From: Rickettsiaceae bacterium
Lineage (GTDB): Bacteria > Pseudomonadota > Alphaproteobacteria > Rickettsiales > UBA1997
Assembly: GCA_021323225.1 (NCBI GenBank)
Contig: JAJTCH010000001.1
Coordinates: forward strand, 689,120-753,119
Reading direction: 5' to 3'
DNA length: 64,000 bases
Shown: positions 51,297-60,598 of the stretch, in pieces
Layout: each line of letters starts with the position of its first letter
Position numbering within the stretch: position 1 is the first letter of the stretch
Translations under genes and position numbers: made by a program
Notes under the pieces: generated by a model
Seen by the model: only the letters and a program-made list of their open reading frames with translations
What the model was told of the DNA's origin: nothing
The model's database searches: none

Positions 51297-52361
51297 ATGT
51301 ATCTAGCAAATATCATCGGCGGCCTCGTTGCTGCATTTTTCTTATGGCGTGGATATAGAAGAGGATTTTCCGCTTCTCTTATACATTATTTTAACTGTTT
51401 GGTTGCATATGTTATATCCGTTCTCTTCATTGCTCCTCTTAGCGATGTAATGACTAAATATCTTCATCTGGAAGGGCTGATTGTTTATTTCATTGCTGGC
51501 ATTTTGATTTTTTCTGCCTCACTTGTAACTCTAAATTTTGTAATCAACAAAACATTGGAAATTGTTTTAGAGCAAATTCCCGAAACTGAATTTACCGCAG
51601 ATATGTCAAGAATCGGCGGCACGATTATTGGCCTAATTGCCGGCTGTTTCATTGGCTTATTAGTGGTTTATGCGGTTAATCTTTCGCAAGAAACAGATAC
51701 AAAATCACTTGCTGCACAAGTTAAATCTCCCGATAACAAACCAGATGGCAAATTTACAAAAGAAGGGGTTTATACATACCAAGCTAATGGTTTAAAAAAA
51801 CGCCAATCAAAAGCTGATTCATCAGAAACTGCCTCAACAAATTTTATCGATTTAGCCTCCAGAAAAATGGTTAGCACAATTTTAGCGGCAACCGTTAAGT
51901 TTAGTTTTCAAAATCAAACTATTACCCAATTAACAAAAACTATATCAGCCAATCCGCAAGCCGCTTCTCAAAGCATCAATCAGCTTGCCAATTCTAAAGA
52001 AACAGCAAATTTATTTTCAAATCCTGAGATACAGAATTTGCTTAATAAGGGCAGTTCTAAATTATTGCTAAACAATAAAAGTTTTCGTGAGTTTATAGAC
52101 AGCAAACAAGTGCGCACCATAGTTGGATACAGCGGCAATGCGCAAACTTCAACCACCTATGAAGAAATTGCCACTGATGCCGTGATAATGGCCTGGAAGC
52201 GTTTTGAAACAATCAGGCAAAACCCGCGCGCAACTGAAATTATAAGCGATGAGAAATTTATCAAAAAATTGGAATCTTCTAACACCCTACAACTATTGAT
52301 AGACCGGCAGCTAAAAGAGCTGTTTGATATAATGATCGGTAAAGAAAATAAAAATGCTTAA
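51297..52361 (+). CDS. CvpA-family membrane protein with ~200-aa C-terminal extension
   Basis: N-terminal WRGYRRGF and four TM helices as in CvpA; the extension is unrecognised. Confidence 0.5.
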   Translation: MYLANIIGGLVAAFFLWRGYRRGFSASLIHYFNCLVAYVISVLFIAPLSDVMTKYLHLEGLIVYFIAGILIFSASLVTLNFVINKTLEIVLEQIPETEFTADMSRIGGTIIGLIAGCFIGLLVVYAVNLSQETDTKSLAAQVKSPDNKPDGKFTKEGVYTYQANGLKKRQSKADSSETASTNFIDLASRKMVSTILAATVKFSFQNQTITQLTKTISANPQAASQSINQLANSKETANLFSNPEIQNLLNKGSSKLLLNNKSFREFIDSKQVRTIVGYSGNAQTSTTYEEIATDAVIMAWKRFETIRQNPRATEIISDEKFIKKLESSNTLQLLIDRQLKELFDIMIGKENKNA

Positions 52362-52848
52362 AAAAACAATTTCAACTTTGCTGTTTTTACTGGCTTTTCA
52401 GGCAAGTGTTCTTGCTGAAGAATTTCAGGGAAAATTTGCCGATTGGAATGTTTTTGCGGTTGATTTCGGCAGCAAGAAAATCTGTTATATGATGTCTTTA
52501 CCGGTTAAAAAAGACGGCAATTATTACCGCCGCGGGGAGCCATATTTCCTGATTGTAAATTCTAATGACAATATCGACGAAATTACCATCTCTTCCGGGT
52601 ATAATTATAAAAATAATTCGGAAGTTGAACTCTCCTTCGGCTCAAAAAAATTCAATGCCCTAACCTATAAAACCCTCTCATGGGCCAATAATAAAACTGA
52701 TGACATCGAGATTATAAAAGAGATGAGAAGAAGCTTGGATGTTTTGGTTCTGGGCGTTAACAAAAACAACCAATATTCCATTGATACCTATTCCCTCATT
52801 GGTTTTAACCAGGCATTTGGGAAGATGAAAGAAGCTTGTCGTTCGTAG
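52354..52848 (+). CDS. exported protein, possibly invasion-associated locus B (IalB)-like
   Basis: Signal peptide, FADWNVF...KICYM, C-terminal YSLIGFNQAF. Resemblance to the IalB family is from memory only. Confidence 0.4.
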   Translation: MLKKTISTLLFLLAFQASVLAEEFQGKFADWNVFAVDFGSKKICYMMSLPVKKDGNYYRRGEPYFLIVNSNDNIDEITISSGYNYKNNSEVELSFGSKKFNALTYKTLSWANNKTDDIEIIKEMRRSLDVLVLGVNKNNQYSIDTYSLIGFNQAFGKMKEACRS

Positions 52849-52850
52849 TT

Positions 52851-54641
52851 TTAGTTCTTCGCCCACCAGCTATCCAAGGCCAGAGAATAAGGCGGTGTTT
52901 TACCCGGCATCGCAAATTTATTTTGGTATAAAATTCGGTAAGTTTGATTATGCCATTGCGGAATTACATAGAAATTCCACAACAAAACTCTGTCTAAGCA
53001 TTTAGTGAAAGTTTGAATTTCCCCCTTACTTTGGCTGCGGGTAATTTTTTCCACCAGATAATCCACCACTTTATTATCAATTCCGGCAATATTATTCCCG
53101 CCAACCACATTTTTCTGTGAAGAGTGCCAATAGCTAAATTGCTCATCACCTGGCACCATGCCATTGCCAAAAACGCTAACCACAATATCATAATCATAAT
53201 TTTTTAGACGGTTTTGATATTGGTTATCGTCAACTAATCTGGTTTTGGCTTTGATGCCCAAAACAGCAAGATTTTTTATCATCGGCGCAATTACCATTTG
53301 AAAGGATTTGGTGTCGATTAGAAATTCAAATTCCACCTGTTTGCCGGTTTTTGGATCAATCAATTTTTGATCACGAACTATATAACCAGATTTTTCTAAA
53401 AGCGTTTTAGCCTGCAATAAATTTTTTCTTGAGAAGCCGCTACCATCGGTTTCCGGCAATTTAAATTCGCTATCAAAAATTTCCGGTGGAAGATCATTTT
53501 TAAATTTATTCAAAACCTCTAGTTCATTTTTTCCAGGCAAACCTTGGCTACCAAATTGCGAATTGGCAAAAAAACTCTGGGTTCTGGCATAAGATCCGTA
53601 AAATATTTTTGCCCTCGCCCATTCAAAATCAAAGCTCAACGCAATTGCCCTTCTCAAATCACGGTTCTGGAATTTTTCTCTTCTTAAATTAAAAACAAAA
53701 GCCTGCATTGGCGCCGGCAGAGAATGTTTGATTTCCTTCTTGATAATTTCGCCGTTTTTTACCTTGTCGATATTATAAGCAGTGGCCCAATTGCGGGCGA
53801 TATTTTCCTGTCTAAAGTCGTAAGCGCCGGCTTTAAAAGCTTCAACCAAAACATTATTATCCCGATAATAATCATATCTAACTTTGTCAAAATTATATCT
53901 GCCAACATTGACCGGCAGGTCTTTGGCCCAATAACTTTGCGCTCTTTCAAAAGAAATTGATTTGCCTGGATCGACCTTAGCAACCTTATAGGGCCCACTT
54001 CCAAGCGGCGCATCAAAAGTGGTTTTGTCAAATTGACGTTCTTGATAATCATTTTTGGAAAAGACGGGAAGACTGGCAACGGCAAGCGGCAACTCACGGT
54101 TATCACCATTTTTAAAGATAAACTTTACTTCATAATCATTGATTTTTTGCACCGCTAAAACATCACGATAAATCAGTGAATAAGAAGGATGACCTTTAGC
54201 TTTTAAGGTTTCGAAGGAAAACACCACATCATCAGCATTTAGCTTTGAACCGTCAGAAAATTTGGCAATTTTTCTCAGTTTAAAAGTAATTGATTTTTTA
54301 TCATCCGCCAATTTCACAGACTCCGCAACCAAACCATATTTAGAAGAAATTTCGTCAGCAGAACCTTCCATCAAACTGTCAAAAACCATCTCCATTCCTG
54401 CAGCCGCAATGCCCTTTAGAATAAATGGGTTAAGATTATTAAAAGTTCCCTCCACCCCATATTTTATCTCACCTCCTTTTGGCGCATCGGGATTAACATA
54501 ATCAAAATGTTCAAAAATTTTCGAATATTTTAAATTGCTGGATCCGGAACCAAAAATTGAAATGCCGCGACTAAACTCCGCCGCCTGCGAAACATTGCTT
54601 ATAAAGAAAAAAATTGTGAGAATGTGCAAAATTTTTGTCAT
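52851..54641 (-). CDS. ABC transporter substrate-binding protein, family 5 (peptide/YejA-like)
   Basis: Signal peptide and ~600-aa SBP_bac_5-like architecture (GSGPYKV). No permease or ATPase genes are adjacent. Confidence 0.75.
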   Translation of the reverse strand: MTKILHILTIFFFISNVSQAAEFSRGISIFGSGSSNLKYSKIFEHFDYVNPDAPKGGEIKYGVEGTFNNLNPFILKGIAAAGMEMVFDSLMEGSADEISSKYGLVAESVKLADDKKSITFKLRKIAKFSDGSKLNADDVVFSFETLKAKGHPSYSLIYRDVLAVQKINDYEVKFIFKNGDNRELPLAVASLPVFSKNDYQERQFDKTTFDAPLGSGPYKVAKVDPGKSISFERAQSYWAKDLPVNVGRYNFDKVRYDYYRDNNVLVEAFKAGAYDFRQENIARNWATAYNIDKVKNGEIIKKEIKHSLPAPMQAFVFNLRREKFQNRDLRRAIALSFDFEWARAKIFYGSYARTQSFFANSQFGSQGLPGKNELEVLNKFKNDLPPEIFDSEFKLPETDGSGFSRKNLLQAKTLLEKSGYIVRDQKLIDPKTGKQVEFEFLIDTKSFQMVIAPMIKNLAVLGIKAKTRLVDDNQYQNRLKNYDYDIVVSVFGNGMVPGDEQFSYWHSSQKNVVGGNNIAGIDNKVVDYLVEKITRSQSKGEIQTFTKCLDRVLLWNFYVIPQWHNQTYRILYQNKFAMPGKTPPYSLALDSWWAKN

Positions 54642-54662
54642 GGTTTTTCTTTAAGTAGGTAA

Positions 54663-55598
54663 ATGCAAGTTATTAGAAATTTTCAAACTAATCATAATTT
54701 AAAACCCGATGCGCACGGCACGGTTCTTACTATCGGCAATTTTGACGGCATCCATCTTGGGCATCAAAAAATTTTGAATCAGGCAAGGGAAATTGCCAAA
54801 AAAAATAATTTAAAATCCGCACTTTTAACTTTTGAGCCACATCCGACTAAAATTATAAATCCAACCAAATATTGCCACATCAAAATTAATAACCTGGCTG
54901 GGAAACTTGATTTTCTAAGACAAAAAGAACTGGCAGATATTGTTTTTATCACAGCTTTCAATCAACAAATGGCGAATTTATCACCACAAGATTTTGTTGA
55001 AAAACTGATGGTAGAAAAATTGAAAATAAAACATCTAATTGTTGGCTATGATTTTGTCTTCGGAAAGAACCGGGCCGGCAATACTGATTTACTTGAGGAG
55101 CTATCAAAAAAATATGGATTTTCTTTCCACAAAATTGAAGCAATAAAAAGTGCCGGAGAGCAAATTTGTTCTTCAACCGGGATCAGAAAATTTCTTGCTG
55201 AAGGCAATATCAAAGCGGCAAGTCAAATGCTTGGCCGAGATTATCAAGTCAGCGGAATCGTGATTAAAGGAAAAGAACTAGCAAGAACTCTAGGCTTCCC
55301 AACCGCTAATTTCCTACCCAAACAAAATCTGATCAAACCAAAATTTGGTGTTTATAAAGCAGAAATTTTAGTTGATGGAAAGACTTATAAAGCAATTTTG
55401 AATTTCGGCATCAAGCCTACCTTTGCAGGAACAACGCCGCTTTTTGAAATACATATTTTTGATTTTAACCAGCTGATTTATGGCAAGAAGATTGCCGTTA
55501 GATTGCTTGATTTTGTAAGAGAGGAAAAGAAATTTGCTTCAGTTGAAGAGTTAAAGTTGCAGATTGCAATGGATTGCAAATTGGTTCAAAAAAACTAA
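54663..55598 (+). CDS. ribF: bifunctional riboflavin kinase / FMN adenylyltransferase
   Basis: GNFDGIHLGHQ, GFPTANF, FEIHIFDF. Confidence 0.9.
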   Translation: MQVIRNFQTNHNLKPDAHGTVLTIGNFDGIHLGHQKILNQAREIAKKNNLKSALLTFEPHPTKIINPTKYCHIKINNLAGKLDFLRQKELADIVFITAFNQQMANLSPQDFVEKLMVEKLKIKHLIVGYDFVFGKNRAGNTDLLEELSKKYGFSFHKIEAIKSAGEQICSSTGIRKFLAEGNIKAASQMLGRDYQVSGIVIKGKELARTLGFPTANFLPKQNLIKPKFGVYKAEILVDGKTYKAILNFGIKPTFAGTTPLFEIHIFDFNQLIYGKKIAVRLLDFVREEKKFASVEELKLQIAMDCKLVQKN

Positions 55599-55610
55599 AA
55601 ACTGTAAGCC

Positions 55611-55635
55611 CGTCATTGCGAGGAGCGTGCGTAGC
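55611..55635 (-). repeat. truncated RPE-like repeat (one arm only), copy B
   Basis: CGTCATTGCGAGGAGCGTGCGTAGC matches the start of the right arm of copy C, then diverges. Confidence 0.55.
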
Positions 55636-55639
55636 ATTA

Positions 55640-56518
55640 TCAAGCACCTTTACTTGATAAATGAACCATCTCATCGAACAATTTCTGATCAACAACTGGT
55701 TTAGCTTCAAACCATTTTTCAAATCCAATCAATCCTTGAAAAATTAACATGCCGATTCCGGTAACAATCGGATTGCCGCGCTTTTCAGCTTCTACAAGCA
55801 ACTTGGTCATCAATGGCTTATAAACAATATCACAAACCAGCGCTGTCTTTTTCAAAGAAGTTAAATCAATTTCCAATTCCTCTTTTCCTTGCATTCCAAG
55901 CGATGTGGAATTGACGATGATGTCAAATTGTTCCAGATTTTTTTCGCGTTCATTCCAGTGGATTGGTGAAACATTTTTAAAATTTTCTGACAAAATTTTT
56001 GCCCTTTCAAGATTACGGTTGGCAACAACAATTTCGCCAACTTGTTCTTTTAGCAATCCAAAAACAATAGCCCTAGCAGCACCGCCAGCGCCTAACAGCA
56101 AAGTTTTTTTATTTTTAAAATCAAAATTCGGATGAGTGTTTTTGATATTGGCAATGAAGCCAAAATGGTCGGAATTATCGCCGAAAATTTTACCGTCTTT
56201 TTCAAATATAATCGTGTTAACAGCGCCAATTTGTTTAGCGCTTTCACTTAAATTATCGCACAATTTTAACGCAACTTCTTTGTGAGGAATGGTGATATTG
56301 CAACCAGCAAAGCCAAGCTGCGGAAGGGTTTTTAGAAATTTTGGGAAATCGACTTCAGAAACTTTTAACGGAATATAAATACCGTCAATTTTATGTTTCT
56401 TTAGAAGATAATTATGAAGGTAAGGAGAAAGAGATTGAGCAATTGGATCGCCAATCACCGCGGCAATTTTTGTGCTTGGAGAAAAGTTATAATCTTCAAG
56501 AATTTTTAAAATATCCAT
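55640..56518 (-). CDS. aroE: shikimate dehydrogenase
   Basis: IGDPIAQSLSP, NITIPHK, GAGGAARA. Confidence 0.85.
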   Translation of the reverse strand: MDILKILEDYNFSPSTKIAAVIGDPIAQSLSPYLHNYLLKKHKIDGIYIPLKVSEVDFPKFLKTLPQLGFAGCNITIPHKEVALKLCDNLSESAKQIGAVNTIIFEKDGKIFGDNSDHFGFIANIKNTHPNFDFKNKKTLLLGAGGAARAIVFGLLKEQVGEIVVANRNLERAKILSENFKNVSPIHWNEREKNLEQFDIIVNSTSLGMQGKEELEIDLTSLKKTALVCDIVYKPLMTKLLVEAEKRGNPIVTGIGMLIFQGLIGFEKWFEAKPVVDQKLFDEMVHLSSKGA

Positions 56519-56541
56519 CAGGTCTACCGATTTAATTATCC

Positions 56542-58353
56542 TTAGCCTAGAGCCTCAGTACTTTTTTTAGCTTCCTCTTTTTCCTGTTTAGTCTTGCCAT
56601 GCTCTGGCATATAAGGTGCTTGAACTGGAATTTTAATTTTTGGTAACAATCTTTTTTTGAAAATTCTCTCTTCAAAATATTTGATCTTATAACATTTCAC
56701 TGCCGGCTGGGATTCAATCAGCAGAATTTGTTCGTCTCTTGGTAGTTGAATAACCTCTTGAGGAAGCAACAAAGCTCTTTGCGTTTCTGAAACATGCAGA
56801 GAACGAGAACCAGGATTAAGATCCAAAAATTTTGGCTTGTTGTAAGAAATTTGCGTAGCGGTTTTGTTGCCTAGTAATTGCGAAATTAAATTGGCAGTTT
56901 CCATATTATTCGCGGCAAAAGTAACACGATAAGTTGAGTTAGATAAAAATGAGTTCATCCCACTTTCTTCATAAATACCTTTGAGCTGCTCGGTATCTTG
57001 AATGATCAAAAACAACCGCACTTTATAGCCTCTAAAATAGGCAATACCAGCTTGAAATTGCTCCATCTTACCCAAGGTCGGGAACTCGTCCATCAGCATT
57101 AATACACCATGTTTTTCTTGGGGAGTTGGAATTCTGGCGGTAAAAAATGCCGCCGCTTGCTGATAAAAAATCCCCATTAATGGCTTCAAACGGCTGATAT
57201 TATCTGGCGTCAAACCAGCATATAAAGTGTGAGGGGTGATTTTAAATTGGTGTAAGTTGAAGTCGCTAGTAGCAGTTGTGGTGTCAATTAGCGGGTTGGC
57301 CCAAAGTTCTAATGAAGAGTTAGCGGTTGAAGTGACCGAACCCCTTTCCTTATCCGGCTTCTGCAAATAGGCGGCAATATTCATATAAGAAACCGGGTGG
57401 ATTTTTTTGCCCATAGTGTCCAACACTACAGCCAGATTATAAACCACGTCATCATTTCTAAGTGTTCTTACAACTTCACCCAAAGTGGTTGGCTTGCTGG
57501 GGTCTGCAACCAGATAAAGCATGACGCCAGTGAGCAAAGCTCTTGCCTCATTTTGCCAAAATTCCTGCTCCGGCAAAAGGAAGTTACAAATCTTTTGCAC
57601 GTCATCCACCATCTGCCCTGGCTTTTTGCTGATCCAATCCATCGGATTATAACAATGTGAAATACCGTCAGGATCTGCAGGGTTCCACAAAAATACTTTT
57701 TGCTTGAAATGCTTTTTTCTCCAACCGGAAGTGAGTTCGTAATTTTCCAGCTTAATATCATGAACAATAACCGAATCGCGCCAAAAAAGCAGGTTAGGAA
57801 TAACAAAGCCCACACCTTTACCAGAACCTGTTGGTGCAAATAGAAGGCAATGTTGATAGCCATCTGCCACCAAGAATTTGCCTTTATATTTTCCAAGCAA
57901 CAAACCGTGCTTTGCACGAAGACCCATTTTTTTTACATCTCTTGCACTAGCCCATTTTGCATCACCGTGAATTGACTCCGCTTTTTTAAATGGACGAAAA
58001 TCCATCAAAGGCGCCCTAAAAATAAAGGAAGTAATCGCTAAAGCGGTATAGGGAAAGAAGGTGGAAATTAAAAGCTTGGGAATAAAAAAGTTGTGACTCT
58101 CAAAAGTCATGCGGTCATAATTTTTGAAATAGAAGATCCAGTAATTTTGAATGACTTTCCAAAGAAATAAAAACTGCTGCAACAAGGTGAAATTGAAATA
58201 GCTCTTGATGACGTTAAAATCACCTTTAATGCTGACTAAAACCAGCATTCCAGTCACATAAAAACAACCCGATAGTACAAGCACAATCAATATGCTGATG
58301 ACTATAAAGTTTCTAAAATATCTTACTGCATCGCTGGTTTGATCTTGAGCCAT
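56542..58353 (-). CDS. virD4: type IV secretion coupling protein VirD4/TraG
   Basis: N-terminal TM helices, Walker A FAPTGSGKGVGFVIPN, Walker B LMLMDEFPTLG; 603 aa. Confidence 0.85.
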   Translation of the reverse strand: MAQDQTSDAVRYFRNFIVISILIVLVLSGCFYVTGMLVLVSIKGDFNVIKSYFNFTLLQQFLFLWKVIQNYWIFYFKNYDRMTFESHNFFIPKLLISTFFPYTALAITSFIFRAPLMDFRPFKKAESIHGDAKWASARDVKKMGLRAKHGLLLGKYKGKFLVADGYQHCLLFAPTGSGKGVGFVIPNLLFWRDSVIVHDIKLENYELTSGWRKKHFKQKVFLWNPADPDGISHCYNPMDWISKKPGQMVDDVQKICNFLLPEQEFWQNEARALLTGVMLYLVADPSKPTTLGEVVRTLRNDDVVYNLAVVLDTMGKKIHPVSYMNIAAYLQKPDKERGSVTSTANSSLELWANPLIDTTTATSDFNLHQFKITPHTLYAGLTPDNISRLKPLMGIFYQQAAAFFTARIPTPQEKHGVLMLMDEFPTLGKMEQFQAGIAYFRGYKVRLFLIIQDTEQLKGIYEESGMNSFLSNSTYRVTFAANNMETANLISQLLGNKTATQISYNKPKFLDLNPGSRSLHVSETQRALLLPQEVIQLPRDEQILLIESQPAVKCYKIKYFEERIFKKRLLPKIKIPVQAPYMPEHGKTKQEKEEAKKSTEALG

Positions 58354-58370
58354 TTTGGAAAAATTTAGAA

Positions 58371-59126
58371 TTAAATTCGCACTGCAATTTTGTTACTAGC
58401 CAAATAGTTTTTGGCCTCAGCAATTGTATAAGTTTTAAAGTGAAAAATGGAAGCGGCAAGAACAGCGGAAGCGCCCGCTTTAATTCCTTGCGCCAAATGT
58501 TCCAAATTTCCCACTCCGCCGGAAGCAATAACCGGAATTTTTAAAACTGAAGAAACTGCCGATAATAATTCCAGATCATATCCGGACTTTGTTCCATCCT
58601 TATCCATCGAAGTTAGCAAAATTTCTCCGGCGCCAAAATCTTGCATTTTTTTGGCCCATTCAATTGCATCAATTCCAGTTGGTTCTCTGCCACCTTTAAC
58701 AAAAATTTCAAATTTGCCGGAAGCGTTTTTCTTGGCATCAATTGCAACTACTACACATTGACTGCCGAATTTTTTTGCGGCTTGGCGAACTAGTTCAGGA
58801 TTTGTAACCGCAGCGCTATTGATTGAAACTTTATCCGCACCGCAAAGCAGAAGTTTTCTGACATCCTCAACCTCTCTCACGCCGCCGCCAACTGTAAATG
58901 GAATGAAGCAAACAGAAGCAACTCGGCGCACAACATCAAAAATGGTGGAGCGATTTTCGCTAGAAGCGGTGATATCTAAAAAACATAATTCATCAGCTCC
59001 TGATTTTGAATAAAACTCAGCTTGAGCAACCGGGTCACCGGCATCAATTAAATTTTCAAAATTAACTCCCTTCACTACGCGGCCGTCTTTGACATCTAAA
59101 CAGGGAATGATTCTATTTTTTAACAA
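58371..59126 (-). CDS. hisF: imidazole glycerol phosphate synthase cyclase subunit
   Basis: [38 protein letters not shown]; TTG start. Confidence 0.95.
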   Translation of the reverse strand: MLKNRIIPCLDVKDGRVVKGVNFENLIDAGDPVAQAEFYSKSGADELCFLDITASSENRSTIFDVVRRVASVCFIPFTVGGGVREVEDVRKLLLCGADKVSINSAAVTNPELVRQAAKKFGSQCVVVAIDAKKNASGKFEIFVKGGREPTGIDAIEWAKKMQDFGAGEILLTSMDKDGTKSGYDLELLSAVSSVLKIPVIASGGVGNLEHLAQGIKAGASAVLAASIFHFKTYTIAEAKNYLASNKIAVRI

Positions 59127-59200
59127 AACTCAAAATAATTAATTGGTTAATGATCAATGATTAATGGCCGATCAATTGATGAACGGCCATTATCATTGTT

Positions 59201-59734
59201 TTAGAACATTCTTTTTAAAACATCATTTTCCGGCAAATCAAAGAAACGATGTTTTACAACAGCAATAATATGTAACAATAAAACCGCTATCAGCCCATAT
59301 CCTAAATATTTATGAGCAGAATGGAAAAATTGTCCCAACTCTGGATTTTTCTCGACCAACATTGGCAGTTCAATGCCAAACATGTGCACAGGGTAGCCGA
59401 AAAAATTCGACATCAAATAACCGCTAAGCGGGAGAAGAATCATAAAAAGATAAAGCAGAACATGCACAGAGTGAGATAGTCTTTGAACGATCACCGACAT
59501 TGAACTTGGTAGTGGTGGCACCGCTTTGGAAAGTCTTACAAAAATTCTAAATACAATTAAAAACAGTACTAAAGCACCGAATGATTTATGCAAACCATAA
59601 ATCATCATTCTATTTGGCGCTTCCTTATCCAAAAAATTGGCCATATAAATGCCAATAGCCAAAAGAGGAATAATAATTAATGCCATGGTCCAATGCATTA
59701 ATCTAGCCGATAAGTGATATCTTTGATTATTCAT
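59201..59734 (-). CDS. cytochrome b561 family protein
   Basis: Four TM helices with conserved His (RLMHWTMA, HKSFG, HSVHVLLY, HIIAVVKH). Confidence 0.8.
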   Translation of the reverse strand: MNNQRYHLSARLMHWTMALIIIPLLAIGIYMANFLDKEAPNRMMIYGLHKSFGALVLFLIVFRIFVRLSKAVPPLPSSMSVIVQRLSHSVHVLLYLFMILLPLSGYLMSNFFGYPVHMFGIELPMLVEKNPELGQFFHSAHKYLGYGLIAVLLLHIIAVVKHRFFDLPENDVLKRMF

Positions 59735-59794
59735 GTGGGATATGGGTTGGATTGATATTGTTAGGACTTATTGTATTTTGGAGAAAAGAGTTTG

Positions 59795-59956
59795 AGAAAC
59801 TGTTTACGATCTTTTTTGATCCCAGATTTTGTCATATTTTTAGCGCTTTTTTAGTAAAATTATTACTAATATCTGGATATATTTGTAATAATTTTACTGA
59901 AAAATAAGCAAAAATAGGGCGGAATATGGGATCAAAAAAGATCGTAAACAGTTTCT
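59795..59956. repeat. 162-bp nested palindrome (30-bp perfect terminal inverted repeats plus an inner 20-bp imperfect pair)
   Basis: AGAAACTGTTTACGATCTTTTTTGATCCCA at 59795-59824 is the exact reverse complement of 59927-59956. The inner pair TTTTTTAGTAAAATTATTAC / GTAATAATTTTACTGAAAAA has 1 mismatch. Confidence 0.85.
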
Positions 59957-59999
59957 GGAATAGTAAAATATCGAAATTCAATTGCAATTAAAACAACCA

Positions 60000-60440
60000 A
60001 TGACACAGATAGCGAGCAATCGCAAGGCTAGATTCAATTATCATGTTGAGGAGGAAATTGAGGCCGGAATTATGCTTTTAGGCAGCGAAGTGAAATCCGC
60101 CCGCGATGGCAAGGTCAATCTCAATGACGGTTACGCCTTTGAGCAAAATGGCGAGCTGGTTTTGCTTAATGTCCATATTGCCGAATATAAAGGCGCCAAC
60201 AAATTCAACCATGCCCCAATGCGGCCAAGAAAATTGCTGCTGCACAAAAAGCAAATTGATAAATTGCTGGGCAAAATCAAAACTAAAGGCATTTCGATCA
60301 TTCCGCTGGCGATGTATTTTAACAAACGAAATATCGTTAAAGTGAATCTCGGAATTTGCACCGGCAAAAAACTTCATGACAAAAGAGCGGCGATAAAAGA
60401 AAGGGACGAAAGAAGAAGTGCTGCCAGAGGCGAAGAATAA
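60000..60440 (+). CDS. smpB: SsrA-binding protein
   Basis: IASNRKARFNYHVEEEIEAGIMLLGSEVKS; basic C-terminal tail. ATG at 60000 preferred over the TTG at 59982. Confidence 0.9.
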   Translation: MTQIASNRKARFNYHVEEEIEAGIMLLGSEVKSARDGKVNLNDGYAFEQNGELVLLNVHIAEYKGANKFNHAPMRPRKLLLHKKQIDKLLGKIKTKGISIIPLAMYFNKRNIVKVNLGICTGKKLHDKRAAIKERDERRSAARGEE

Positions 60441-60449
60441 CTAACTTTC

Positions 60450-60564
60450 CTGGATTGCCGCGTCGGCGTTGCCTCCTCGCAATGACGATGTTGGAAGTTT
60501 TAACGCGAAGTTCTCAATATCGTCATTGCGAGGAGCGTGCGAAGCCAGCGACTCGGCAATCCAG
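60450..60564 (-). repeat. RPE-like palindromic repeat element, copy C (full length, inverted relative to A and D)
   Basis: Same termini CTGGATTGCC / GGCAATCCAG. The arm variants are swapped, and the centre is the reverse complement of the A/D centre (..GTTAAAACTT.CAACAT). Confidence 0.75.
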
Positions 60565-60598
60565 GAATGAATCAGATCCAATTAATAATCAATCCATA

